Source: an uncultured Candidatus Saccharibacteria bacterium (lineage in GTDB: Bacteria > Patescibacteriota > WWE3 > UBA101185 > UBA10185). Taken from it: a DNA stretch of 64,000 nucleotides. Below are positions 47,377 to 57,091 of the stretch, in pieces. Numbering within the stretch: position 1 is the first letter of the stretch; each line of letters opens with the position of its first letter. Location of the stretch: the NCBI GenBank assembly GCA_964385105.1, contig CAYLMU010000002.1, forward strand, positions 53,672-117,671, given 5' to 3'. The notes under the pieces are model-generated. The model saw only the letters and a list, made by a program, of their open reading frames with translations, did no database searches and had not been told where the DNA came from. A program made the translations under genes and the position numbers.

Positions 47377-50354
47377 TGAAGAAAATTAAGTTTATTATTT
47401 TTTTTACAATTTTTTTACTTACATTTTTATATATTAACAAAAGCAATGTATTAAATGCTTATAGTGATATATTTTGTTCTGCTGGACAATATTGTTCTGG
47501 TGTAGGTACATATCAGAAACGCGTTGGATGTGTTACGGTTCCAGATAACGACAACTATGCAAGTTGTGTCACTCAGTACTCATCACAACCTGTTGTGTGT
47601 CTACAAAGTGACTGTACATATGAAGGTTTTGAGACAGGGAGTTGGTGCCGAGAAAGTGTAATTCACATTGATAGGCAGGGTGCGTGTACTACAATAACTG
47701 ATGATTACTATGTGTCGGGTACCTGTTGTCAGCAAGCCGGAGGATCTACTGGATACTGTGGTGATGGGGTGTGTCGTGCTGGAGAAAGTAATTCGAGTTG
47801 TCCTGCAGATTGTCCTCCCCCACCGCCTCCTCCTGATCCGGAAGCCTATTGTGGAGATGGTACCATAGACCCTGGCGAAACATGCAGTAATTGTCCGGCA
47901 GATGTTGGTGCTTGTCAAAATTTCTGCGGGTGTCTTCCTGATCGGTGCAATAGAGACGAATCGCAATGGCCCGGTAATGGCAGTTGCATAAGAACACCTG
48001 ATTGTGGAGCAAATATTTGCCCGGGGGGCGCACATGGTTGGTACTGTGCCTGGCCAAATAGTAACGCCTGTAACAATCCGGGTCCAGCTACAGAAAATGT
48101 TGTAGGTTATGTGAAAGATCAAAACGGCAGTCCGGTAAGTGGTGTGCCTATGACAATTCTTTACAAAAACAGTAGTGGTACCACAATATCTGGTACAGAC
48201 ACTAGAGTGACAGACTCTAATGGTAGGTTTGTATTTGAGAATTTGATAAATAGGCAACATTATGAAGTCAAACCAGGCCTCACCGCCGACCAAATGTTAG
48301 CATGGGGTTTCACAAGTGCTGGAACTGCCGAAGCATGCGGTAATGATTACAACTGCAAAAACCACTTTAATGGAGGTGCTCAGGTACCGGTAGGTTCGCC
48401 ATCATATAATGGCCAAAGAGTTGGGGAAATTGGGTTTGACGGTACTATGCACGGTGATGGTTGTGGTGCAAGAAAATGTTATGTTGGACCAAACTCCACC
48501 GGTGTCTGTAATGATGGCAACCGTGGAAGTTATTCGGGATCAATCGTACACCACTCAGAATGGCCATCCGGTGGGCACTGTAACTTTGTATTCAACAGGC
48601 AAACAAACAACCCTCCTACCGGTTACTTTCACTATTTAGCACATTACAGGGGTACAACACTTCTTGGTGTATGGGGAAACAATAGTAATATTGGTAATGG
48701 TGTTGTTATATACCCACCTGCTCCGCCAGCTCCCATTGGTCAAATATTTGTACAGCCGGGAGATCATATTTTAATGTATGGTACCGGCCATGATTCCGAT
48801 GCTAACTTAGGGCGTATAAGATTTATAAAACAAAAATTCAATCCTGAAACAAATGCCGTAATCGGAACTTATTCATATATGCCTGCAACAACTCAAACCA
48901 ACTGTTCTCCAAGTTCAACATGTTATGAAAATGGCGGTGAGGTTTGGAATATTACTGCAGCAGACGTAGGTACCTGGTCAGTAAGCATTGAAGTTGGCGA
49001 TCGTACAATGGTTAATTATGATTTGAATAATTTAAATAGTACATTCAACAGCAGATGCTCCGGTCATAGATGGGTAAACCCATTAAAATGGAGTGACTGC
49101 GGAAACGGTGATACATTTACCGTTCATGTAAGAATTCCTCCTACTTATACAATTTCCGGAGAAATAAGAGAAATTGTGCCACTACCTACAGGGCATCAAT
49201 GTGCATCGCACAATTTAGATTTTATGAATAACTCAAAAATAAGTAATGATGGCAGTTTAGATTCAACCGGTAATGATGACCCTCGCGAACAGTTTTATTC
49301 GACTAATCAGTCGGCTCCACCAAATCCGGATGATGGGGATTGGGAAAGTACGCCTGGTAACGGCTTTGAAATTAGGGGTGTTCCACCAGGAACGGGAAGG
49401 TTTCTGGCCGCAAGTACACTTCATGTGGATCGTCACAATGGTATAGGATATAGGTTAAAGTGTATATCTGTTCCCGGATTCGGCGTACATGACCTTTCTA
49501 GTGGTACAACACCCAACTTTGTTAACATCACACAAAATTTAAGTGGAGTAAGATTTGGTTACGAATACTTTCTTACATACAACAGCGGATGGCTACAAGG
49601 TTGGGACGGTGACGTTTTTGGAGGATCTACCGTTAACTTTAATATCCATCCGGATCAGAGATTAGGCAGGGGTCTTGCCACTGCATTCTCGGGTAACTTT
49701 GTGTCCGGAGTGGCTCCGGCGAAAAGAGCAGAATCAAACCGCTGGGCAAACAATGTTTCAGACTCATTTTGGCCTCCACAATTCAGCACTGAAGCTCCTG
49801 CAGGAGCCATTCAAATTTCAAACTTAAGTAACTTGGCTGAAAACACTATTTATAAAATAACGGCTACAGAACTTAATGCAATATTAAATCAGCAGGGACG
49901 GTTAGATTACACTATTGCTAATATAGCCGGAAGTCCGGGGGGCGTTGCACTTGTTTATGTAACCGGTACAAATACAGTAACAGTTAACAGAAGTATGGTA
50001 AGTGCAGATGACCCGCGCGATAGAATTTTATTTATATCAGAAGCACCATTTGTATATGCTGTACCTACAGTCCCAACTCAACCTGGTTCGGCACAGATTC
50101 AGTTTGGTTTGATTACCACAAGTTCAATTACATTTCCAACCCTAGTAGCAGAAAACAGTCCATTTCCTGACACGTCGGTATCTGTTGAAGGGCCGTTAAT
50201 TGCTAAAGGAGACATTGTAGTTGAAAGAAATCTTAAAGAAGGAAATGCTCAAACTCCTGCAGTAAGAGTATTATATAGCCGGGTTTATCTTGATAGTATA
50301 AGAAGATTTGAAAATCCGTTAAGGCAGTATAGTGTTAGATGGGAGACAAATTAA
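47376..50354 (+). CDS. Large secreted Cys-rich protein (992 aa) with a poly-Pro linker and a CarboxypepD_reg-like/Cna-B-like beta-sandwich segment. By position it is a candidate pilus-associated adhesin
   Basis: Signal peptide MKKIKFIIFFTIFLLTFLYI; more than 30 Cys in the first 280 aa; PPPPPPPDPEAYCGDG; VVGYVKDQNGSPVSGVPMTILYKNSSG...TDSNGRFVFENL. Confidence 0.6.
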   Translation: MKKIKFIIFFTIFLLTFLYINKSNVLNAYSDIFCSAGQYCSGVGTYQKRVGCVTVPDNDNYASCVTQYSSQPVVCLQSDCTYEGFETGSWCRESVIHIDRQGACTTITDDYYVSGTCCQQAGGSTGYCGDGVCRAGESNSSCPADCPPPPPPPDPEAYCGDGTIDPGETCSNCPADVGACQNFCGCLPDRCNRDESQWPGNGSCIRTPDCGANICPGGAHGWYCAWPNSNACNNPGPATENVVGYVKDQNGSPVSGVPMTILYKNSSGTTISGTDTRVTDSNGRFVFENLINRQHYEVKPGLTADQMLAWGFTSAGTAEACGNDYNCKNHFNGGAQVPVGSPSYNGQRVGEIGFDGTMHGDGCGARKCYVGPNSTGVCNDGNRGSYSGSIVHHSEWPSGGHCNFVFNRQTNNPPTGYFHYLAHYRGTTLLGVWGNNSNIGNGVVIYPPAPPAPIGQIFVQPGDHILMYGTGHDSDANLGRIRFIKQKFNPETNAVIGTYSYMPATTQTNCSPSSTCYENGGEVWNITAADVGTWSVSIEVGDRTMVNYDLNNLNSTFNSRCSGHRWVNPLKWSDCGNGDTFTVHVRIPPTYTISGEIREIVPLPTGHQCASHNLDFMNNSKISNDGSLDSTGNDDPREQFYSTNQSAPPNPDDGDWESTPGNGFEIRGVPPGTGRFLAASTLHVDRHNGIGYRLKCISVPGFGVHDLSSGTTPNFVNITQNLSGVRFGYEYFLTYNSGWLQGWDGDVFGGSTVNFNIHPDQRLGRGLATAFSGNFVSGVAPAKRAESNRWANNVSDSFWPPQFSTEAPAGAIQISNLSNLAENTIYKITATELNAILNQQGRLDYTIANIAGSPGGVALVYVTGTNTVTVNRSMVSADDPRDRILFISEAPFVYAVPTVPTQPGSAQIQFGLITTSSITFPTLVAENSPFPDTSVSVEGPLIAKGDIVVERNLKEGNAQTPAVRVLYSRVYLDSIRRFENPLRQYSVRWETN

Positions 50355-50355
50355 C

Positions 50356-51327
50356 ATGAATAAAAAAATAGTCAACAATTCAGAAAAAGGACAAGTTTTA
50401 CTTTTTGTAATAGTAGCGATGACTATTGTGTTGGCACTGGGTGTTGGTGTATCGCTTGATACTATTTCATCAATAACACAGGTAAGCAACACTGATACGT
50501 CTCAAAGGTCACTTGCGGCAGCAGAAGGCGGAGTTGAGAAGTTTTTGGTACTTGATAATTCTTTGTTACGACAGTTTGCTGATATTGCCGGGAGTCCTAA
50601 TGACGGTAGATGGCCATTATTATGTGCCAATATACCTGGTGTGACAACAGAACCTTTAGAAGGTGGGGGCTATGCCGGTTGTAAAGTAACTTACCAGGGT
50701 GCAACAGGAGCAAATGGAGATCCCATTGACGCTAAAGCTGTAGTTAAAGTTGAGGAATATACAACTAATACTACTACCGGAAATGGGTCAGAGATAAATA
50801 TTTTGAGAAATGATGTAGGTGAATTTGATTTACGAGGATATACACATTCTAACTTAACAATGTGTTGGAATCATAATAATGCAATTGACCTTTATGTAAC
50901 CGGCCATACCTATGTAGCCCCACAAACAACAAAAATCATATTAAGATGTCAAAACTGTGGTAATGGTTCACAATGGGATTTTGGAACAGCAAACGTACTT
51001 ACTGCAACTAGTTCTGGCAATGGATATACATCTTGCAGACAGCTCCAAATAAGCCAGGGTCATTTTCCTAGCAACCCAGCTTTTATAAGAGTAAGACCAT
51101 TATTTAAAGCTTCTCCACCTGTACAAAGCGTTGAGGTTGCAATATTCCCGCAGGGAGGTCACAGTTTACCTGTTCAAGGCTACAAAATCACATCTGTAGG
51201 GTCACTTACCGACAATACAAACGTTCAGGTCACACGAACTGTAACAGTATATAAATCAAATCCCACTCCTATAGGATTATTTGATTTTTCTGTGTATTCC
51301 GGTGAAGACCTTTACTCGATTTTATAG
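50356..51327 (+). CDS. PilX-like minor pilin/pilus-associated protein (non-cleaved hydrophobic N-terminus)
   Basis: MNKKIVNNSEKGQVLLFVIVAMTIVLALGVGVSL; paralog of the 54645 gene. Confidence 0.5.
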   Translation: MNKKIVNNSEKGQVLLFVIVAMTIVLALGVGVSLDTISSITQVSNTDTSQRSLAAAEGGVEKFLVLDNSLLRQFADIAGSPNDGRWPLLCANIPGVTTEPLEGGGYAGCKVTYQGATGANGDPIDAKAVVKVEEYTTNTTTGNGSEINILRNDVGEFDLRGYTHSNLTMCWNHNNAIDLYVTGHTYVAPQTTKIILRCQNCGNGSQWDFGTANVLTATSSGNGYTSCRQLQISQGHFPSNPAFIRVRPLFKASPPVQSVEVAIFPQGGHSLPVQGYKITSVGSLTDNTNVQVTRTVTVYKSNPTPIGLFDFSVYSGEDLYSIL

Positions 51328-51457
51328 CTTAATAAATGTTTGATTATTGACAGTATATAATTGCTGGTTCATACTTAAATATAGTAAGTCTGCCCATGTT
51401 AAACATTAAACAAATTTTAAAAAAATTTCATATACAAAACTTAAATAACGAAGGGAG

Positions 51458-51901
51458 GTGCAGAGCATGTTAAAGAGAACTAATGAAAAAGGTTTTACGT
51501 TAGTTGAGCTTTTGATCGTTATTGTAATTATTGGTATCTTGGCAGGATTAGTTATTACAATTATTAATCCTCGAAGAATGCAAATGAGATCAGGCCATTC
51601 AATTATAAGGGCTAATGTCGGTAGGGCTTGTCAAGCGATTATTGCATGTGCTTCTTCAACAACAACACCTGAAACATCTTGTAACACTGGTGCTTTAGCT
51701 GGATTTAATCAACCAAATACACCTAATGGTCAACCGTATCCAGTTAACCCTACTGTTAGTGCGCAAACGATTACATATGCAAATACACCTGTTGCTGCAT
51801 GGGATAACTGTCAATATACTTGCACATACTATAGGACTACTGTTGGTGGAAACCAAGGTGGTTCAAGCACTTTAGTAGGAACAAACTGTATCGACAACTA
51901 A
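51458..51901 (+). CDS. Type IV pilin and major-pilin candidate (MLKRTNEKG|FTLVELLIVIVIIGILAG)
   Basis: GAAGGGAGGTG SD; candidate upstream promoter (TTGACA at about 51345); strong terminator immediately downstream; 4 Cys in the C-terminal half. Confidence 0.8.
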   Translation: MQSMLKRTNEKGFTLVELLIVIVIIGILAGLVITIINPRRMQMRSGHSIIRANVGRACQAIIACASSTTTPETSCNTGALAGFNQPNTPNGQPYPVNPTVSAQTITYANTPVAAWDNCQYTCTYYRTTVGGNQGGSSTLVGTNCIDN

Positions 51902-51923
51902 CAACTTGCAAGAATTATTTTCA

Positions 51924-51953
51924 ACCGCCCCGGATATTCCGGGGCTTTTTTTT
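51924..51953 (+). terminator. Rho-independent terminator
   Basis: gccccggatattccggggc tttttttt. Confidence 0.7.
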
Positions 51954-51992
51954 AGCCTTGACACAAAAATAACATACAGCCATACTATAAAT

Positions 51993-52508
51993 ATGAAAAA
52001 ACTGCCCCGAGGTTTTACTATTATTGAGCTTTTAATTGCTGTTGTACTTATTGGAATACTTTCAGGACTCGTTATTGCAGTTATTAATCCCCGTACGTTT
52101 CAAGGCAGGGGTCGTGACGCTCAAAGAGTTAGCGACTTAAAAACAATTCAATCTGCACTTGAACTTTATTTTTCGGATAATAGACGTTACCCTATTTCCG
52201 CTTGGACAAGAATACGTGGCAACGATACTGTAACAAATGCGCTCACAAGCGGAAACTATATAAACTCAGTACCTGTTGATCCCATGGCTTCTGGCTCACA
52301 AGATAATCCATGCGGGGGCGGTATAACCGGTTACAATTACCGATACAGATCTACCGAAACTGGCACAGCATACGTGTTAACAGCTACAATGGAGAATGCT
52401 AATTCAAATCAGGGTAATGAATGTAACGGATTAAATAGATGGAGTGCGTTAGGATGTTCATTATCTGCGCGAATGGCTGATGTGTGCTATGGAGTTGAAA
52501 ATCCTTAA
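51993..52508 (+). CDS. Pseudopilin/minor pilin (MKKLPRG|FTIIELLIAVVLIGILSG), GspG/PilE-like
   Basis: Class III signal with Glu at +5; the track ORF begins at 51906 but the pilin leader begins at the ATG at 51993. Confidence 0.7.
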   Translation: MKKLPRGFTIIELLIAVVLIGILSGLVIAVINPRTFQGRGRDAQRVSDLKTIQSALELYFSDNRRYPISAWTRIRGNDTVTNALTSGNYINSVPVDPMASGSQDNPCGGGITGYNYRYRSTETGTAYVLTATMENANSNQGNECNGLNRWSALGCSLSARMADVCYGVENP

Positions 52509-53001
52509 AAAAACTGATTCAAACTATGACCAAGGTATATCCATAATTGAAGTCCTTGTAGTTATTACAATGGTTGCCTTACTATCTACTCTAGCATTTG
52601 TGTTAATAAATCCACAGGAACTCAAGGCTAAAGCACGCGATGAAAAGCGTTTATCTGATATATCAACATTAGAACGTGTTATAAGTGAATTTAGAGTTGA
52701 TAACGGGTATTTACCCGATGAATTGGGTGTAATTAGAACCAGTACTTCCCTACCCACAGGAGCTTTGGGCCCTCTTGTACAATCAAACGGCAACGGATGG
52801 ATTCCTGTAAATTTATCTGTATATAATTCTTTGCTTCCAATTGACCCGATTAATAATGAAACGTATCATTACAGCTACAGTAATAACGGTTATTCATTTG
52901 AACTAAATGCCCGTTTAGAAATTCTCACCGAGCATGCCCAGGATGACGGCGGTAATGACGGTACGCTTTATGAAGTAGGTGATGATTTGAGCATTATTTA
53001 G
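52489..53001 (+). CDS. Pseudopilin/minor pilin (QG|ISIIEVLVVITMVALLS)
   Basis: Prepilin-like N-terminus; overlaps the upstream gene. Confidence 0.6.
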   Translation: MELKILKKTDSNYDQGISIIEVLVVITMVALLSTLAFVLINPQELKAKARDEKRLSDISTLERVISEFRVDNGYLPDELGVIRTSTSLPTGALGPLVQSNGNGWIPVNLSVYNSLLPIDPINNETYHYSYSNNGYSFELNARLEILTEHAQDDGGNDGTLYEVGDDLSII

Positions 53002-53016
53002 TGTTATTATTTTAGT

Positions 53017-53580
53017 ATGAGTCTGCCCGATTTTAGTAATAATTCCCAAGGTTTCACAATTATTGAGATTCTAGTAGTAGTTTCACTAATTGCTATATTA
53101 ACCGGGCTCACAATACCAAACTTTACAAGTTATTTAAGGGCACAGGCGTTAAAACAAGCTCAAGATCAAATTGTTGTAGATTTAAGAAAAATTCAAAACA
53201 GAGCTTTATCGGGTGTTGGTTATCAGCCAAACGGAAATACAACTCACTGGGGTGTTTTGTTTAGAAATAACACTAATACATACCACTATTTTATTGCATC
53301 AAGAAACCCCATAAACTATTCTTCATCTTGTAACGATGCGTTAACAAATGTGGGTAGTCTTGAATCAAGTAGCCCACTTCCCGAAAACATAGTCATTAGA
53401 ATGGCAAGTGCCCCAATTCAGTGTATATATTTTGATTTTGAACGGGGTAATAGGGTGAGTCATCCATCAAGTTTGACTACCATTAGAGTTTCGCGTCCCG
53501 GAGATACACAATGTATTGGCATTGAAACAACTAATGTAGGCCGTATAGCAAGTCTTTCAAATCCTTTGTCATGCAACTAA
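53017..53580 (+). CDS. Pseudopilin/minor pilin, FimT/GspH-like (SQG|FTIIEILVVVSLIAILTG)
   Basis: Class III signal. Confidence 0.65.
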   Translation: MSLPDFSNNSQGFTIIEILVVVSLIAILTGLTIPNFTSYLRAQALKQAQDQIVVDLRKIQNRALSGVGYQPNGNTTHWGVLFRNNTNTYHYFIASRNPINYSSSCNDALTNVGSLESSSPLPENIVIRMASAPIQCIYFDFERGNRVSHPSSLTTIRVSRPGDTQCIGIETTNVGRIASLSNPLSCN

Positions 53581-54068
53581 AAAAACTAAACGAAAAAGGA
53601 ATAGGATTAGTAGAAACAATAATTGCACTTGGCGTTGCTGTAATTGTTATAACATCCCTTGTGTCACTTTCGGTTTATACCTTGCGTACCTCTAATCGCG
53701 GAAAATTATATTTACAAGGCTCAAAGCAGGCTAATGAGGGTTTAGAACTTGTGAGAGCATTTAGAGATCAACAGCCGACCTGGAACGATGTTATTGTTGC
53801 ATTTCAAAATTGCGATAATGGAGCATTGTGCCACATATCTACAAGCGGTTCTTCTTTGTCGCCGCGACCTGGAGAATTTATAAACACAAATGGTACGACC
53901 GCTACTGCTGACGACGTGTTTTGGTACTTTACTGCCAGGGGTTCAGGAAGTAATATAACCGCCACCGACAATGTAATAAGAATTCAGGTTAGATCCAGAT
54001 GGTTTGTTGGAGATGATGAAGTTGATGCTTATGTTTACACTGATCTTTCAAACTGGAGGAACAGGTAA
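53571..54068 (+). CDS. Pseudopilin/minor pilin, PilV/GspI-like (NEKG|IGLVETIIALGVAVIV)
   Basis: Class III signal; overlaps the neighbouring genes. Confidence 0.6.
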   Translation: MQLKKLNEKGIGLVETIIALGVAVIVITSLVSLSVYTLRTSNRGKLYLQGSKQANEGLELVRAFRDQQPTWNDVIVAFQNCDNGALCHISTSGSSLSPRPGEFINTNGTTATADDVFWYFTARGSGSNITATDNVIRIQVRSRWFVGDDEVDAYVYTDLSNWRNR

Positions 54069-54069
54069 C

Positions 54070-54642
54070 ATGAACCAAAAGGGTTTTACGCTTGTGGAAT
54101 TACTAGTGATCATTACACTTTTGGCTGTTACGGCCGGCGTTACTGCAGATATTGTATTAACACTGGTTAGAAGCTATAACAAAACCCGTGTTACTAATGA
54201 AGTTGAACAAGTAGGTAATTTTGCCATAACCAAAATAGAAAAAGAGCTAAGATCGGCAACAAGTGTAGTATCACCGAGCATTGGCGCAAGTAGCAATTCA
54301 ATATGTTTTTTAACAAAAATAGGAAATAATGATCGAAGTGTACAGTATGTGGTAGATCCGGTGTCGGGATTATTAAGAAGATCGGAGTTTACAAATTCAA
54401 GTGGTTGTACTGGTGGAACAGTACCTGCAGGTACTGATCCTGTGTTTAGCGTAGGTCAGGGAGGGGTAAGAATTTCAGGTGCCAGTGCTAATTCGGCATT
54501 TACCCGCTTAAGTACCTCACCAGATGTTGTAAAAATTAAATTTGAATTTACGCAATCTAGCGAAGATTCTGCAGGAGGAAGGGCATTTACCGGAAACGTA
54601 ATACTTGAACAAACAGTTGTAGTTCGTGGAACTTACAATTAA
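54070..54642 (+). CDS. Pseudopilin/minor pilin, PilW/GspJ-like (MNQKG|FTLVELLVIITLLAV)
   Basis: GGAGG SD upstream of the ATG at 54070; the track ORF starts earlier at 54004. Confidence 0.65.
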   Translation: MNQKGFTLVELLVIITLLAVTAGVTADIVLTLVRSYNKTRVTNEVEQVGNFAITKIEKELRSATSVVSPSIGASSNSICFLTKIGNNDRSVQYVVDPVSGLLRRSEFTNSSGCTGGTVPAGTDPVFSVGQGGVRISGASANSAFTRLSTSPDVVKIKFEFTQSSEDSAGGRAFTGNVILEQTVVVRGTYN

Positions 54643-54644
54643 CC

Positions 54645-55457
54645 ATGAAACAAGAAAATTCCCAAAAAGGACAAACTTTAATAATTATAGTTTTTATCAT
54701 GATTGCCGCCCTCGCAATTGGTGTGAGTGTATCAAACAGATTTATTACAACTTTATCTATTACAAGTGACGCTTATGCCGGTTATCAGGCTCAGGCTGTA
54801 GCAGAAGCAGCGATTGAAAATATTTTGACTTTAACATCTACACAGCTCAAAGAATTTATTCAATTTAATTCTTGTGGTTCATACTGCCAGCTTGAAATTG
54901 TGGGTCCTGACGGTGTTGTTCAAACCGCAACTGTTACATTAAGCACTTTAGGAACTGATTCTCAGCCTTTTACTACTCGTTTAAGTAGAGATGAAATTAC
55001 AGAAATTAATTTAAACGGGTATGGTAATAATAAAACACTAAGTGTTTGTTGGAATGCACCACCATCAGGAGAATTACCTTCGGTTTATGGAATTTTACTC
55101 AGAGGTACACAAGGCAATTATGTTGCAAATAACTATGCATATTACTCAGCAGGAAGCAGTCAAATTAATGGATTTTCACCGGCAGTAAGCGCTAACGGGT
55201 ATCAAAATTGCATGATTTTAAATACAGGAACAAACCCGCAGGCACTAAGAGTGAGGTCGATTTATAATGATGTTGAAGTCACAGTGATACCTGATTCAAG
55301 TGCTACATTGCCCACTCAAGGAATCTTAATAGAATCCGTTGGGCGTGTTCAAGACAGTGTAAAAACAGTTTCGGTTATAAAATCAGAAAACATGGTTCCG
55401 CTTGATTTTGACTACATTTTGTATCAAAAATCCGAATCAGAGCCTTTATCAAATTAA
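54645..55457 (+). CDS. PilX-like protein, paralog of 50356-51327
   Basis: MKQENSQKGQTLIIIVFIMIAALAIGVSVS. Confidence 0.5.
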   Translation: MKQENSQKGQTLIIIVFIMIAALAIGVSVSNRFITTLSITSDAYAGYQAQAVAEAAIENILTLTSTQLKEFIQFNSCGSYCQLEIVGPDGVVQTATVTLSTLGTDSQPFTTRLSRDEITEINLNGYGNNKTLSVCWNAPPSGELPSVYGILLRGTQGNYVANNYAYYSAGSSQINGFSPAVSANGYQNCMILNTGTNPQALRVRSIYNDVEVTVIPDSSATLPTQGILIESVGRVQDSVKTVSVIKSENMVPLDFDYILYQKSESEPLSN

Positions 55458-55479
55458 CCATGTGCTGTAAAATAAAGTT

Positions 55480-56505
55480 ATGCCCCAAATCGGACTTGAT
55501 ATTGGAAGAAGCTTTTTTAGAGCTGTAGAAATAAAAAAAGATAAAGATGTGAATATTCTTCAGAATTACGGTACTTATGATGGTCCTGACCTTGATTTAA
55601 ACTTTTCAAGCGAAGACAGTATAAATACTTATGCCTCAGAATTAAGCCATTTTTTTAAAGAACATAATTTTAGTACTTCTAAGGTAGTAGTGGCACTGCC
55701 CGAACAATATGTTTTTATAAGAACAATAAAAGCTCCAAATATGTCACATAAAGAATTGCGTGAGTTTGTGACCCTTGGTGCAGAAGAATACATTCCCCTG
55801 CCCTTAAATCAAGTTACTTTTGATGCACAAATTATTGAATCAAACGGCAAAGACGAAATGAGTGTGCTTTTGGTAGCCTCAAAAAATGAAATCTTAACAA
55901 AATATGTTGATTTAATAAAACGTGCCGGCCTCATACCTGTTGGTATGGAGCCTGAAACTTTATCTATTGAAAGAGTGTTGGGTGATACGGGTCAAAGACC
56001 AAGTGCCAGTATTATTGTAAATATCGGTACTGCATCAACACAAATTATAGTTACATACAAAGGTTTTGTAAGATTTACTAGAAGTTTGTCTGTTGGCGGC
56101 GATACCTTAACAAAAGCTATTGAAAAAAACCTTGAACTTGATTATCACCAGGCTGAAGAATATAAAAAAGCCTATGGTTTGGATGAGAGTCAGGTGGATG
56201 GCAAGGTTTTTAACGCGGTAAAAACAGTTTTTGACAACATTTTGCTTGAAATAAAGCGTTCCAAAACATACTATACAACTCACAATCCCGATGTTACTAT
56301 AAATAGAGTTATTATGTCTGGAGGTACTGCCCTAATGCCGGGACTATTACTTTATATAGCCAATAAACTTGATGTGGAAGTAGAATTGGCAAATCCGTGG
56401 CGAAACATTAAATTGGCGGAATCTCTCAAAAATCATCGAAATGACCTTATGGATGCAGGTCCTGTGTATGCAACAAGTGTAGGACTTTCGTTAAAGGAAA
56501 TCTAA
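55480..56505 (+). CDS. pilM: Type IV pilus assembly protein PilM (actin-like ATPase fold)
   Basis: IGLDIGRSFFRAVEI... FtsA/PilM-like with two RNase H-like subdomains. Confidence 0.8.
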   Translation: MPQIGLDIGRSFFRAVEIKKDKDVNILQNYGTYDGPDLDLNFSSEDSINTYASELSHFFKEHNFSTSKVVVALPEQYVFIRTIKAPNMSHKELREFVTLGAEEYIPLPLNQVTFDAQIIESNGKDEMSVLLVASKNEILTKYVDLIKRAGLIPVGMEPETLSIERVLGDTGQRPSASIIVNIGTASTQIIVTYKGFVRFTRSLSVGGDTLTKAIEKNLELDYHQAEEYKKAYGLDESQVDGKVFNAVKTVFDNILLEIKRSKTYYTTHNPDVTINRVIMSGGTALMPGLLLYIANKLDVEVELANPWRNIKLAESLKNHRNDLMDAGPVYATSVGLSLKEI

Positions 56506-56506
56506 A

Positions 56507-57091
56507 ATGGCACAAAGTATAAATCTTATTCCAAAAGAAGAAAAATTTGAACAACGCAAAGAAAAAGTAGTTAAGTTAAGCTCTGTAATTGCTGTTGTTA
56601 TTTTATTAGTTGTGATTGGAGTTAGCACCTACTATTGGTATACCGTAAATAATTTAAAAACATCCATTAAAACAGCAGAAACCCGCACTGAAGACCTAAG
56701 AACCGATATAAGAGGTTTATCTGAAATTGAAATCGTAGCAAGGTCACTTGATGCAAAATACAACATTTTAAATGACATCTTTACAAATCGAAAGAGATAT
56801 TCTGTTCTATTAAGCGAACTGCAAAGAAGAGTTCCTGAAGGTGTGACTATTGAGTCATTAACTATAACCGGAGTTGCCAATGAAAATGTAAATATTGCCG
56901 GACAAGGTCCAGATTATATTTCAATTGCACGTTTCATTAACACGCTTTCTGACACTCAGTTTTCAAGCGCCACGCCAGGTATGGAAGATATGTTTCATGA
57001 TGTAACGCTTAATACAGTCACTTTTGACTCTCAGGATTCAACGGTAAGCTATTTTATAGTTACAAAATTTAATGAGGCTTTACTTAAATAA
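56507..57091 (+). CDS. pilN: PilN-like bitopic protein
   Basis: INLIPKE...single TM...periplasmic domain; translationally coupled. Confidence 0.7.
   Translation: MAQSINLIPKEEKFEQRKEKVVKLSSVIAVVILLVVIGVSTYYWYTVNNLKTSIKTAETRTEDLRTDIRGLSEIEIVARSLDAKYNILNDIFTNRKRYSVLLSELQRRVPEGVTIESLTITGVANENVNIAGQGPDYISIARFINTLSDTQFSSATPGMEDMFHDVTLNTVTFDSQDSTVSYFIVTKFNEALLK

Noticed and set aside
47601-48293. 230-aa and 103-aa minus-strand ORFs
   Set aside because: They sit inside the GC-rich Cys-rich domain of the 992-aa gene. They show low-complexity Thr/Arg/Cys composition typical of antisense frames.
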